Part shown: piece after piece, positions 55,297 through 64,000 of the stretch | Position numbering within the stretch: position 1 is the first letter of the stretch | Layout of the letters: every line of letters begins with the position of its first letter | Source: Clostridia bacterium | Lineage (GTDB): Bacteria; Bacillota; Clostridia; Oscillospirales; CAG-272 | DNA: 64,000 bases | Direction of reading: 5' to 3' | Assembly: GCA_017463125.1 (NCBI GenBank) | Contig: JAFTPV010000003.1 | Span: forward strand, 157,190 to 221,189 | Notes under the pieces: generated by a model | The model's input: the letters and a program-made list of their open reading frames with translations, nothing else | Databases searched by the model: none | Told to the model about the DNA's origin: nothing | Made by a program: the position numbers and the translations under genes

Positions 55297-56811
55297 TTAG
55301 TTTGCCTCGGGAGCGGCGGCAGCTTCGGTTTCTGCCTTCTCTGCTGTTTTCTTTCTCTTAGGATTTGCGGCTGCAATCTCCTTCTGCTTCTCGGCGGTTG
55401 CCTTCTGGTCACGGAGCACCTGCTTCTGTGCTGCAAGAGCCTCCTTCTGAACCTGGAGAGTTTCTGCCTGACGAGAGGTTATCTCTGCCTGAATCTCGGC
55501 ATTCTTATTATTGCCTGCGATAACGGTCTGCTGTGCGGTAATGATGTCCTTCTGGGACTGCATAACCTCCTTGACAGACTCCTCAAGAGAAATCTGGTTA
55601 TCAATAACCATCTTCTGAGCCTCGCCCATTGCCTGCTGTGCATCGGTGAGAGCCTGCTGGTTCTCCTGAATAGACTTCTGTTGCTCTGCAAGAGCCGTCT
55701 GCTCCTGTGCGACAGTTATCTGATCCTGTGCGATAACTCTCTGGCTTACCTGAATGCCCTGCTGCTCACGGAGAGTGCGGCGCTGCATATCGTTTGTCTG
55801 CTTCTGAAGCTCAGACATATCAGCGCTCTTGCTTACGATCTCGGCGTATGCTGCGGAAAGCTCTGCTACCTGTGCGGTAAGAGCCTTAAGGTTCTCCATC
55901 ATAGATGTGAGCTTGTCGATAAGGAACTGCTCATCCTCGAGGATAGAGCCCTCAAGAGCAGCGATCTCGTCAGCACCGTAGGTTCTGGAAACTACTGCGG
56001 GATTTGCACCGTTTTCTGCAGGTGCGGGAATGTTTATCTGATAGTTCTCCATAAAGCTCTCAATTCTCTTATCGAGAGTAGCGGAGAATTTCTCCATAGT
56101 AGCAGCGATAGCCTTCTCTACGATTGCGGAAACGTCGATAGAAACGGGGGCAACCTTGGGTGTCGGATCGTAGGGATAAGGATATGCGGGAGCCTGATAT
56201 GCAGGAGGCATATACGCGGGAGGCATGTACGCGGGGGGCATATATGCAGGCTGCGCGTAAGCGGGCTGTGCATAAGCAGGATTATATGTATTGTAAACAG
56301 GTGCTTCCTGAGCGGGAGTCACCTCCTCGGGCTCAACTGCGGGATTCTTGTTCTCGTTCATTTCTTCCTCCTTGGGAGCGTCCTCAATCTCAACGCCCTC
56401 TATCATAGCTTGAATATTCTGAATGCTCTGGGTAATAGCAGTATTGTATTTCTCGCAATCCATTCTTGCCTTCAAGGGATTTTGCGACAGCTCGGAAATC
56501 TCCGCATACGCCTCATTTATAGAATCGATAGTTGCGGCAACTCTCGCGCCTGCTATTTTATACGAGCTTGCGCTCTCAATAAGAACAGCCTTCGTCTCCT
56601 CGTATATCGCGGAATTTCTGACACTGCCCTTCTTTGCATAAGCTATATCTGCGGACTGAAAATCACGAGCAGAATCTCTGACGCTCTTTGCAGCCATTTT
56701 GTAAAGGCCGAGCTCGTAGTTAACCTTCTTCTGTGTTTCCTTAATAAAAAGATAAAGCTCCTTCTCTCTGGCGCGCTTTTCTCTTTTTGTCATTTGAACA
56801 CCATCGCGCAT
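55297..56811 (-). CDS. Hypothetical protein: helical N-domain, proline/tyrosine 'PAY' pentapeptide repeats, long Gln/Ala-rich coiled coil
   Basis: ...NPAYAQPAYAQPAYMPPAYMPPAYMPPAYQAPAYPYPYDP..., then about 200 aa of heptad-like Q/A/E-rich sequence. No TM or signal peptide. ATG at 56811, 8 nt after AGAGG. Confidence 0.6.
   Translation of the reverse strand: MRDGVQMTKREKRAREKELYLFIKETQKKVNYELGLYKMAAKSVRDSARDFQSADIAYAKKGSVRNSAIYEETKAVLIESASSYKIAGARVAATIDSINEAYAEISELSQNPLKARMDCEKYNTAITQSIQNIQAMIEGVEIEDAPKEEEMNENKNPAVEPEEVTPAQEAPVYNTYNPAYAQPAYAQPAYMPPAYMPPAYMPPAYQAPAYPYPYDPTPKVAPVSIDVSAIVEKAIAATMEKFSATLDKRIESFMENYQINIPAPAENGANPAVVSRTYGADEIAALEGSILEDEQFLIDKLTSMMENLKALTAQVAELSAAYAEIVSKSADMSELQKQTNDMQRRTLREQQGIQVSQRVIAQDQITVAQEQTALAEQQKSIQENQQALTDAQQAMGEAQKMVIDNQISLEESVKEVMQSQKDIITAQQTVIAGNNKNAEIQAEITSRQAETLQVQKEALAAQKQVLRDQKATAEKQKEIAAANPKRKKTAEKAETEAAAAPEAN
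56186..56290 (-). repeat. Seven tandem 15-bp units encoding the PAYxx repeats
   Basis: Plus-strand units: gcgggagcctgatat, gcaggaggcatatac, gcgggaggcatgtac, gcggggggcatatat, gcaggctgcgcgtaa, gcgggctgtgcataa, gcaggattatatgta. Confidence 0.85.
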
Positions 56812-57037
56812 GGTCAATACCTCTTTCTCCTAGTACGGTTTTTTAACATTATTATTATAGCAAAATAATATGTCACTCGTCAATAGTTATTGCAAATTTT
56901 TTTGAAAATTTTGGATTATTTTTTAACTTTTTAAGAAAAAAGTCTTTTCCAAATTCAAAATTTGTCAACAATTTATTACATTTTGCTTTATTGCAGAAGG
57001 AACCGCCAAAAAATTCGGCGGTTCCGAAAGGTTAAAA

Positions 57038-58171
57038 TCAGTGGCAGATGCACTTCTCGGTATCCTTATCGAAGATGTGGATACGAGATGCGTCGATAGC
57101 AACGGTGATCTTATCGCCTGCTCTTGCACGTGAACGGGAGGAAACTCTCGCGATAATGTTCTTACCGTTTGTTGCATCCTCCATGCCCTCAAAGCCGAGG
57201 TAGAGATAAATCTCTGCACCCATAAGCTCGGTTACGTCAACGTCAACCTCCATCGTTGTGTCTGCAAGAGTCTGAAGGTACATGGGCTCGTCGTGGATAG
57301 CCTCGGGACGAACACCGAAGATAACCTCCTGACCTACATACTCCTTGAGATCGGGGTTGTTGGACTTCTCTGCGGGGAGCTTGATCTCGGTCGTGCCGAG
57401 GGTTGCGTAAAGGTCGTTATCCTTCTTAACAAGCTTACCGGTAAGGAAGTTCATCTGAGGTGTGCCTATGAAGCCTGCAACGAAGAGGTTACAGGGAGTG
57501 TCATAAAGGTTCTGGGGAGTATCAACCTGCTGAATGATACCGTCACGCATAACTACGATACGGGTAGCCATCGTCATAGCCTCTACCTGGTCGTGCGTTA
57601 CGTAGATGAAGGTGGTTTCAACCTTCTTATGAAGCTTGGTAAGCTCGGTTCTCATCGATGCACGAAGCTTTGCGTCAAGGTTGGAAAGCGGCTCGTCGAG
57701 AAGGAATACCGCAGGATTACGTACGATAGCACGTCCGAGAGCAACTCTCTGCTTCTGACCACCGGAAAGAGCCTTGGGACGTCTTTCAAGAAGGTGGGAA
57801 ATGTCAAGGATTCTTGCAGCCTCTTCAACGCGGCGCTTGATCTCCTCCTTGGGAACCTTACGAAGCTTAAGGCCGAATGCCATATTATCAAAAACAGTCA
57901 TGTGAGGATAAAGAGCGTAGTTCTGGAACACCATCGCGATATCTCTATCCTTAGGAGCGATATCGTTAACGTATCTGTCGCCTATGTAAAGCTCGCCCTC
58001 GGAAATCTCCTCAAGACCTGCAATCATACGAAGGGTGGTAGACTTACCGCAACCCGAAGGACCAACAAAGATAAGGAACTCCTTATCCTTGATCTCAAGG
58101 TTGAAGTCGGATACGGCGGTAACGCCGCCGGGATACTTCTTGTAAATGTGACGAAGTGAAAGACCTGCCAT
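57038..58171 (-). CDS. msmK: Carbohydrate ABC transporter ATP-binding protein (MsmK/MsmX/MalK-type), stand-alone
   Basis: Walker [18 protein letters not shown] and Walker [12 protein letters not shown], plus a C-terminal MalK-like regulatory domain. No permease or binding-protein genes are adjacent. Confidence 0.9.
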   Translation of the reverse strand: MAGLSLRHIYKKYPGGVTAVSDFNLEIKDKEFLIFVGPSGCGKSTTLRMIAGLEEISEGELYIGDRYVNDIAPKDRDIAMVFQNYALYPHMTVFDNMAFGLKLRKVPKEEIKRRVEEAARILDISHLLERRPKALSGGQKQRVALGRAIVRNPAVFLLDEPLSNLDAKLRASMRTELTKLHKKVETTFIYVTHDQVEAMTMATRIVVMRDGIIQQVDTPQNLYDTPCNLFVAGFIGTPQMNFLTGKLVKKDNDLYATLGTTEIKLPAEKSNNPDLKEYVGQEVIFGVRPEAIHDEPMYLQTLADTTMEVDVDVTELMGAEIYLYLGFEGMEDATNGKNIIARVSSRSRARAGDKITVAIDASRIHIFDKDTEKCICH

Positions 58172-58361
58172 TTTGTTTTCTCCTTTTGGAAAATAATTTT
58201 CTAACGGTAAAATTATACATCAAATCAAGGAAAATTTCTAGAGGCAGCTTTAACGATTTTTCGCCCTTCTTTTTGCAAGACTTGCACAAAATATAGGAAA
58301 TATTTTTGTCAGAATACACCAAAATCGTTTGCGTTTTCTAATTTATTAGAATTTGTGCGAA

Positions 58362-58400
58362 TAAAAAGAACAAGACCGACGAAGTCTTGTTCTTTTTTTG
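58362..58400. terminator. Terminator after tpiA
   Basis: 11-bp stem aagaacaagac / gtcttgttctt with A/T runs on both sides. Confidence 0.75.
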
Positions 58401-58404
58401 AAAT

Positions 58405-59163
58405 TTATGCGTTTGCGGCGTCAACTATTGCGGTGAAGGCATCAGTCTTAAGAGATGCGCCTCCGATAAGTCCGCCGTCAACGTTAGTCTTTGCAAGAAG
58501 CTCCGCCGCATTCTTGTCGTTCATAGAGCCGCCGTACTGAACGGTGGTAGCCTCTGCAACGTCTGCACCGAATGCCTCGGCAATTGCGGCTCTTACGTAG
58601 CCGTTGCCCTCGTCTGCCTGCTCTGCGGTAGCGGTAACACCCGTACCGATAGCCCAAACAGGCTCGTAAGCTACGATAACGTTCTTCATCTGCTCGGCAG
58701 TAACGTTGGTGAGTGCCATCTTGGTCTGATACTTAAGAAGAGTTTCGGTATAGCCGAGTTCTCTCTCCTCGAGAGTTTCACCAACACAAACGATAGCCTT
58801 GAGTCCTGCGTTAAGAGCCGCGAGGGTACGAAGGTTTACAGTCTTGTCGGTCTCACCGAAATACTGTCTTCTCTCAGAGTGACCGATAACAACGTACTCA
58901 ACGCCTGCCTCGGTGAGCATCTCTGCCGAAATCTCACCGGTGTATGCGCCCGACGCCTTGAAATGCACGTTCTCGGCGCCGATTTTAATATTTGTGCCCT
59001 TTGCAGCCTCAACAGCCGCAGGGATGTCTATCGCAGGAACGCAAAGCACGATATCGCACTTATCCTTACCTGCTACAATAGGTGCAAGAGCCTTGATGAA
59101 CTCTGCGGTTTTTGCAGGTGTCATATTCATTTTCCAGTTGCCTGCTATTACTGTTTTTCTCAT
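58405..59163 (-). CDS. tpiA: Triosephosphate isomerase
   Basis: IAGNWKMN, GHSERR, AYEPVWAIGTG and QYGGS motifs; 252 aa. Confidence 0.96.
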   Translation of the reverse strand: MRKTVIAGNWKMNMTPAKTAEFIKALAPIVAGKDKCDIVLCVPAIDIPAAVEAAKGTNIKIGAENVHFKASGAYTGEISAEMLTEAGVEYVVIGHSERRQYFGETDKTVNLRTLAALNAGLKAIVCVGETLEERELGYTETLLKYQTKMALTNVTAEQMKNVIVAYEPVWAIGTGVTATAEQADEGNGYVRAAIAEAFGADVAEATTVQYGGSMNDKNAAELLAKTNVDGGLIGGASLKTDAFTAIVDAANA

Positions 59164-59299
59164 TTCATTATGTCCTTAAACTATATTATTCTTTCTTGAT
59201 TTATTGACAATGGAATTTTTTTGAGAGATTTTCTGTTCGCGACCCGAAGGCGTAGTTACCTACGTCGAGCTTGTCGAAAAACGGCGGAAATTGCCAAAA

Positions 59300-60616
59300 T
59301 TATTTATCCAAAAGGCAGGATACGCCGGGGAGATCTTTACCCTCGAGGAATTCGAGGGACGCGCCGCCGCCTGTGGAAATGTGAGTGATTCTGTCAGCGT
59401 AGCCGAGCTGCTCACATGCTGCAGCAGAGTCGCCGCCGCCAACGATAGTGATAGCGTCGCTCTCTGCAAGAGCCTCTGCAACTGCTATCGTTCCCTTTGC
59501 GAGAGTGGGGTTCTCGAAAACGCCCATAGGACCGTTCCAGATAACAGTCTTTGCCGCGAGAACTGCGTCAGCGAACATCTTTGCCGTCTTGGGACCGATG
59601 TCAAGGCCCTCTTTATTTGCGGGAATCTTGTCTACGTCAACGTAATCAACGTCAACGGGAGCGTCGATGGGGTTCGGGAAGCTGTCAGCAACGGCAGTAT
59701 CGATGGGGAGAAGGAGCTTAACACCCTTTTCCTCAGCCTTTGCCATCATTTCCTTACAGTAATCTATCTTGGTTTCGTCAAGAAGCGAGTTACCAACGCC
59801 GTAGCCCTTTGCAGCCGCGAAGGTATAAGCCATACCGCCGCCGATGATAAGGGTGTCAACCTTGGTAAGAAGGTTGTCGATAACATTGAGCTTGTCTGCA
59901 ACCTTTGCGCCGCCCAGGATAGCAACGAAGGGACGCTCGGGGTTCTCGAGAGCCTTGCCCATTACGGAAATCTCTTTCTCGATAAGGTAGCCGCATACTG
60001 CGGGAATGTAATCGGCAACGCCTGCGGTAGATGCGTGCGCTCTGTGTGCCGCGCCGAAAGCGTCGTTTACAAATATATCAGCGTAGGAAGCAAGCTCCTT
60101 CGCGAAATCCGCGCCGTTCTTAGTCTCTCTAGCGTCAAATCTCGTGTTCTCAAGAAGGACTGCCTCTCCTGCCTTGAGAGCTGCAACCTTTGCCTTTGCG
60201 TCAGGGCCGATGATGTCCTCTGCGAAGGTAACCTTCTCGGCGCCGAGAAGCTCGTTAAGTCTTGCTGCTACGGGCTTAAGAGTAAGCTTTTTCTTATCGG
60301 AAACCAGCGCCTTTGCAAGATAGTCGGCGGTAGCCTGTGCTCTCTCTGCCTCGGGAAGAGCCTCGACTGCCTTCTTCTCCTTCTTGGTAAGGCCAAAGCC
60401 CTCGGTAAAGATAGAGTGGGGCTTGCCCATGTGGGAGCAAAGAATAACCTTCGCGCCCTGATCAAGCAGGTACTTTACTGTGGGGAGTGCGCCAACGATT
60501 CTCTTATCAGAGGTGATAACGCCGTCCTTCATAGGAACGTTGAAATCGCAACGGACAAGGACTGTCTTGCCGGCGACTTCTACGTCTTCAATGTTCTTCT
60601 TGTTGTAAGCTGCCAT
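59300..60616 (-). CDS. pgk: Phosphoglycerate kinase (with a ~40-aa insertion after the N-terminal GKP motif)
   Basis: [22 protein letters not shown] and [14 protein letters not shown] motifs. It is 438 aa, longer than the usual bacterial Pgk. Confidence 0.95.
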   Translation of the reverse strand: MAAYNKKNIEDVEVAGKTVLVRCDFNVPMKDGVITSDKRIVGALPTVKYLLDQGAKVILCSHMGKPHSIFTEGFGLTKKEKKAVEALPEAERAQATADYLAKALVSDKKKLTLKPVAARLNELLGAEKVTFAEDIIGPDAKAKVAALKAGEAVLLENTRFDARETKNGADFAKELASYADIFVNDAFGAAHRAHASTAGVADYIPAVCGYLIEKEISVMGKALENPERPFVAILGGAKVADKLNVIDNLLTKVDTLIIGGGMAYTFAAAKGYGVGNSLLDETKIDYCKEMMAKAEEKGVKLLLPIDTAVADSFPNPIDAPVDVDYVDVDKIPANKEGLDIGPKTAKMFADAVLAAKTVIWNGPMGVFENPTLAKGTIAVAEALAESDAITIVGGGDSAAACEQLGYADRITHISTGGGASLEFLEGKDLPGVSCLLDK

Positions 60617-60657
60617 TATTTTGTTCTCCTTTTAGGATAAATTTTTTACCACATTAT

Positions 60658-60686
60658 ATAATAACATAAACGCGCGCAATAGTCAA
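60658..60686 (-). promoter_or_regulatory. Putative sigma-A promoter of pgk-tpiA
   Basis: Minus strand: TTGACT, 17 nt, TATTAT, about 45 nt upstream of the AAGGAG RBS. Confidence 0.5.
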
Positions 60687-60710
60687 GGGCTTTGTTAAAA
60701 AAATCACGAT

Positions 60711-61178
60711 TCATTCATCTAGTAATTCTTGCATAGCCAACTCAACAGGGCTAACATCACCTTCGTAATAGTTTATATCAATTTCTATAACAAACCCTTG
60801 TTGTCCACTCAAAATCATAATAACTGTAATGTAATCTTTGAAATCAACTATGGAACAAAGCATATCCATCGTAACCGATAAAAACGGAACCTCAATTTCC
60901 ACAGTCACATTTAGTTCCTCCGGATAAAACGTTGTTTCAAATGTTCCGCCATATTGTTCCGTTATTTTTCTTGCCATATCTTCTACTTTTTTCAATGCCG
61001 CTTTGCCCTCTGGGCATGGTATGTATTCACGCGGAGCATACTTCTTTATAAGGGCATCTCTCTTTTTCTCAAAATCATTAAGGCTGATGGTAATTTTTTC
61101 TATGGTTTCGTGATCTATTTTTTTAGGTCTGCGGAACCAATTTTCCATTTCTTTTTGTTTTCGTTCGCTTTTTTTCAT
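60711..61178 (-). CDS. Hypothetical 155-aa protein (basic N-terminus, acidic C-terminus)
   Basis: The ATG at 61178 has a GGAGAAAAG RBS. I recognise no family. It is divergent from an XRE regulator gene. The ORF-track start at 61322 would cover the promoter/operator region. Confidence 0.5.
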   Translation of the reverse strand: MKKSERKQKEMENWFRRPKKIDHETIEKITISLNDFEKKRDALIKKYAPREYIPCPEGKAALKKVEDMARKITEQYGGTFETTFYPEELNVTVEIEVPFLSVTMDMLCSIVDFKDYITVIMILSGQQGFVIEIDINYYEGDVSPVELAMQELLDE

Positions 61179-61197
61179 TTCTTTTCTCCTTTTTTGT

Positions 61198-61248
61198 GGG
61201 ATATATCGTATATTATAGCACATTTTTTCAAAAAATGCGATATATCCC
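61198..61248. promoter_or_regulatory. Nested palindrome in the divergent promoter region (candidate XRE operator)
   Basis: The outer 11-bp arms are gggatatatcg (61198-61208) and cgatatatccc (61238-61248). They enclose the perfect palindrome catttttt-c-aaaaaatg (61221-61237). Confidence 0.5.
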
Positions 61249-61307
61249 ACACGATATTTCGCAAAATAAGGTAAAATTATGTTGTAAAGAAAAGACGGGA
61301 GGTAGTA

Positions 61308-61550
61308 ATGAATATAAAGCAAGCGGTTGCCGCTCGTATAATAGAGCTTTGTAACGAAAACGCCATTGCCATCAACAATCTCGCTAACACGTCCGGCGTA
61401 TCACCGTCAACAGTTTACAGTATGTTGAATGATAAGAGTCAAAATCCCGGCGTCGTTTCGATAAAAAAGCTATGCGACGGATTGGAAATATCTGTTCGTG
61501 AGTTTTTCAACAGTCCTCTGTTTGACGACTTAGAGCAAGAAATAAAATGA
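61308..61550 (+). CDS. XRE-family helix-turn-helix transcriptional regulator
   Basis: 80 aa. IIELCNENAIAINNLANTSGVSPSTVYSMLNDKSQNPGVVSIKKLCDGLEISVREFF is a Cro/CI-type HTH. Confidence 0.8.
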   Translation: MNIKQAVAARIIELCNENAIAINNLANTSGVSPSTVYSMLNDKSQNPGVVSIKKLCDGLEISVREFFNSPLFDDLEQEIK

Positions 61551-61551
61551 A

Positions 61552-61595
61552 AACCAAGCAATTCCATTTTCTGTGGTTGATTGCTTGGTTTTTTG
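61552..61595 (+). terminator. Intrinsic terminator after the XRE gene
   Basis: aaccaagcaat / attgcttggtt stem followed by ttttt. Confidence 0.7.
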
Positions 61596-61653
61596 TTATA
61601 TATTTAGCATTCTCCCACCGGAGAAGGCTTTGGTTAAAAATGCACCGGCGCGT

Positions 61654-63006
61654 TTACTCGCCAGCAACCGACATATCACGTACGAGAACATAAGGCGAGC
61701 CGAAAGTGGTGCTGGAGCCTGTAACCGATAGCTCTACCGTGTCGGAGAGAGCGGCAATAGATTTCAGCAGCTCGAAGAAATTGCCCGCTACGGTGAATGA
61801 CTTAACAGGCTCGCACACCTTACCGCCCCTTATCATAAAGCCCGCGCTCTCAAGAGAGAAATCGCCCGTCGTGGCATTTGCACCGGCATGAAGGCCCGTC
61901 AGCTTAGTTATAAGGATACCGTCGCCCGCAAGCGCGTAAAGCTCCTCAAGGCTCCTGTCCCCCGGCTCAATGCAAAAGGCGTAGGGGCTGGTTGACACGG
62001 GAGAGGCGTATCCCGCCTTTGACGCATTGCCCGTACTCTCCTTATTTTCGCGCTTTGCGGTTTCTCTATTGTAAAGTAAAGTTTGCAAAACTCCGTTTTT
62101 CACTACATTTTTACGCCTTGTAGGTACGCCCTCAGCATCGAAGGGCATCATCACGCAAGCTCCATCTCGCATAGGGTCGTCGGTTATAGTCACAATTTCC
62201 GAGGCTATTCTCTCCCCTTCCTTGCCCTTTAGTAAGGAAAGACCCATCTGCGCGTTTTTTGCAGAAAACACAGATGAAAATGCCGAAAGAAGCATTCTCA
62301 TACGGCGGGAGTCGATGACTACGTTATATTTTCCCGATTTTACCTCACCTGCTCCGAGCTTTGACACAGCGGTGTCAACCGCCTGCCTCGCCATAGCGTC
62401 TATATCGGAGTCTTCATCAAGTTTCATCAACTCGTAGGCGCTCTCCTTTGCCTGACCGTCAGAAATGACAGGCTCGCAAGCAACCACGCTAACAGTAGCG
62501 CTTGCCTCAAGGTCAAGCCCGTGAGAATTTGATATTCTTACGGTAAAGGAAGAGCTTTGGGCGGCGGTGGAGGTTCCGTCCGTGACCTTATCGGAATATG
62601 AATACAACCCCTTCGCAGTCCTTACCGCTATACTTTTCAGCTCTGCGGCGTCCATCTGCGAGGCACCGCGCGGATTTTTATCCATCCCGTATGAATCCGC
62701 CCCCGAATAGATGCCCACCTCGTCGGGCTTTTCAGTAGCCTTGGCATTTTCAAGAGCTCTGTGTACGAGAGAGCGCATCTCGCTCTCCTCCATCAGCTCG
62801 GTTGCGGCGTATCCCATACGTCCGCCATTGCTGACGCGCAGGCAAATGCCGGAGAAGGTGCCGGAGGAGAATGCGTTTATCTCACCGTTAAGCGTTTCAA
62901 CGGTTGTATCCGAGCCGGATTTTGAATATATTTCGTACTCCTTAACTCCGAGAGAGTCGGCCTCACTTTTTATAACGGCCATAAGAGCCTTGTAATCTAT
63001 CATCAC
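61654..63006 (-). CDS. pmbA: TldD/PmbA-family metalloprotease subunit (PmbA/TldE-like)
   Basis: 450 aa with a family-typical C-terminus (GLHAGANATTGDFSLESAGFMIRGGK). ATGA overlap with tldD. Confidence 0.85.
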   Translation of the reverse strand: MMIDYKALMAVIKSEADSLGVKEYEIYSKSGSDTTVETLNGEINAFSSGTFSGICLRVSNGGRMGYAATELMEESEMRSLVHRALENAKATEKPDEVGIYSGADSYGMDKNPRGASQMDAAELKSIAVRTAKGLYSYSDKVTDGTSTAAQSSSFTVRISNSHGLDLEASATVSVVACEPVISDGQAKESAYELMKLDEDSDIDAMARQAVDTAVSKLGAGEVKSGKYNVVIDSRRMRMLLSAFSSVFSAKNAQMGLSLLKGKEGERIASEIVTITDDPMRDGACVMMPFDAEGVPTRRKNVVKNGVLQTLLYNRETAKRENKESTGNASKAGYASPVSTSPYAFCIEPGDRSLEELYALAGDGILITKLTGLHAGANATTGDFSLESAGFMIRGGKVCEPVKSFTVAGNFFELLKSIAALSDTVELSVTGSSTTFGSPYVLVRDMSVAGE

Positions 63007-64000
63007 TTTCTTCCTCCTACGGTTATTTTAGACACTCGGATAAGGGGCTGGCCCACGTCTGTCGGAACCGAGCCGGACGAGCTTCCGCACATACCCTGCC
63101 CCACGTCAAGATTTTGTCCGACCATATCTATATTCTGAAGTATATCCGAGCCTGTACCTATAAGAGATGCGCCTCTCACAGCCTCACATATTTTACCGTT
63201 TCTTACAATATACCCCTCGGTCACGGCAAAATTGAACGCGCCTGTTAAGGGATTTACCGAGCCGCCGCCCATTGATTTAGCGTAAAGACCGTACTCTATC
63301 GAGGCAATTATATCCTCGTTTTTATCAGGGCCATTGTCAATAAAGGTGTTTGTCATACGCGATGTCGGCTCGTAGAGGTAGCTCTCGCGGCGGCCGCTTC
63401 CCGTCATCTTCATTCCCATTCTGCGTGAGCCGAGGCGGTCTATCATATAGCTTTTCAGAACTCCGTTTTCGATAAGGACGTTGCGGCGCGTGGGCGTACC
63501 CTCGTCGTCAACATTCACGGAGCCCCAAGCATTTTTCACAGTTCCATCGTCGATTGCCGTTACCTTCTCATTCGCGATTTTCTCACCGAGCTTGCCGCAC
63601 ATCTGCGACACCCCGACACCGACGCTCGTTGCTTCAAGCGAGTGACCGCAGGCCTCGTGGAATATAACGCCGCCGAAGCCGTTCTCGATAGCAACGGTCA
63701 TCTCTCCCGCAGGGCAATAATCTGCTTCAAGATTGGTTATCGCCTGCGCGGCGGCAGTCTTTCCTATCTCGCGGGGCGGGAAAAGCTCGAAGGTCTCAAG
63801 GCCCATACTGCGTCCCGGCGAGCATCTTCCCGACTGATTTTCACCGTCCGAGGACGCAACCGCGTTTACAGCCATACGGGTGCGGGTCTGCCTGTCGGTA
63901 ACGAAGAGCCCCTCGCTGTTAGCAATGCATATCTCGCGCTCGACTCCTGTAATATTTCCCTGCACCTGCGCTATTCTCTTATCATACTCGGACGCCACAT
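63003..64000 (-). CDS. tldD: TldD metalloprotease, C-terminal ~330 aa (N-terminus outside the window)
   Basis: FHEACGHSLE (HExxxH) and GMCGSSSGSVPTDVGQPLIRV, the TldD C-terminal signature. The ORF is open to the window edge. Confidence 0.88.
   Translation of the reverse strand, partial: VASEYDKRIAQVQGNITGVEREICIANSEGLFVTDRQTRTRMAVNAVASSDGENQSGRCSPGRSMGLETFELFPPREIGKTAAAQAITNLEADYCPAGEMTVAIENGFGGVIFHEACGHSLEATSVGVGVSQMCGKLGEKIANEKVTAIDDGTVKNAWGSVNVDDEGTPTRRNVLIENGVLKSYMIDRLGSRRMGMKMTGSGRRESYLYEPTSRMTNTFIDNGPDKNEDIIASIEYGLYAKSMGGGSVNPLTGAFNFAVTEGYIVRNGKICEAVRGASLIGTGSDILQNIDMVGQNLDVGQGMCGSSSGSVPTDVGQPLIRVSKITVGGRK

Noticed and set aside
59164-59299. The 136-nt pgk-tpiA spacer with small hairpins (cgtag-GTAA-ctacg, cc-TTCG-gg), considered as a possible regulatory RNA or internal promoter.
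   Set aside because: The stems are short (4-5 bp), there is no U-tract, and no consensus -35/-10 pair. This is insufficient evidence beyond an ordinary intercistronic spacer.
59291-60640. A 449-aa ORF on the plus strand spanning the whole pgk gene. Similar long antisense ORFs occur at 27524-28681 (385 aa), 55681-56868 (395 aa), 57293-58159 (288 aa), 2069-3115 (348 aa) and 19042-19632.
   Set aside because: Each lies exactly antisense to a gene with unmistakable family motifs. Each lacks an RBS and has Cys/Leu/Ser/Val/Arg-rich, low-information composition. These are shadow ORFs produced by codon bias of the sense gene.

Overview
This looks like a chromosomal segment of a Firmicute, probably Clostridia-type. 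Supporting signs are spoVG, a tandem glycine riboswitch, near-consensus sigma-A promoters (TTGACA-17-TATAAT), frequent GTG/TTG starts, lipoprotein lipoboxes and ATGA/TAGtATG translational coupling. Housekeeping genes include pnp (partial), rpsO, fhs, rdgB, yceD-rpmF, tRNA-Thr and tRNA-Tyr, agcS, alr, mgtE, murC, spoVG, an orphan msmK-like ATPase, tpiA, pgk and pmbA-tldD. They surround two accessory regions. (1) A ~24 kb polysaccharide locus lies entirely on the minus strand and is of the Wzx/Wzy type. It runs from a consensus promoter and priming phosphoglycosyltransferase (36.1 kb) to UDP-glucuronate 4-epimerase (12.55 kb). It holds five GT4 glycosyltransferases, Wzy, Wzx, two acetyltransferases, an FnlA/B/C-like UDP-L-FucNAc module and a GHMP sugar-1-kinase plus nucleotidyltransferase pair. 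Its most unusual content is its own alanine-racemase paralogue coupled to three ATP-grasp ligases (two TupA-like, one 'sugar-transfer associated'), plus a signal-less 615-aa Asp-box/BNR propeller-like protein. My lead hypothesis is a uronic-acid glycan decorated through amide bonds with a D-amino acid or a short peptide stub, using a gene set I do not recognise as described. (2) A 5.3 kb gene encodes a 1756-aa BspA-type LRR lipoprotein built from 69-bp units and nearly identical 315-bp tandem duplications. Smaller points are listed below:
- a structured GC-rich intergenic element with its own -10 box and terminator (candidate sRNA)
- a terminator hairpin that buries the start codon of the first alr
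- a patch of decayed genes (eda and M20 remnants, truncated AraC)
- a glycosyltransferase 3' remnant forming a 920-bp-spaced direct repeat around an acetyltransferase
- a PAY-repeat coiled-coil protein
- a Pgk with a ~40-aa insertion
- an XRE/hypothetical pair with a nested palindrome
No CRISPR array, transposase, integrase or rRNA was seen. All family assignments come from reading motifs by eye, not from database searches.
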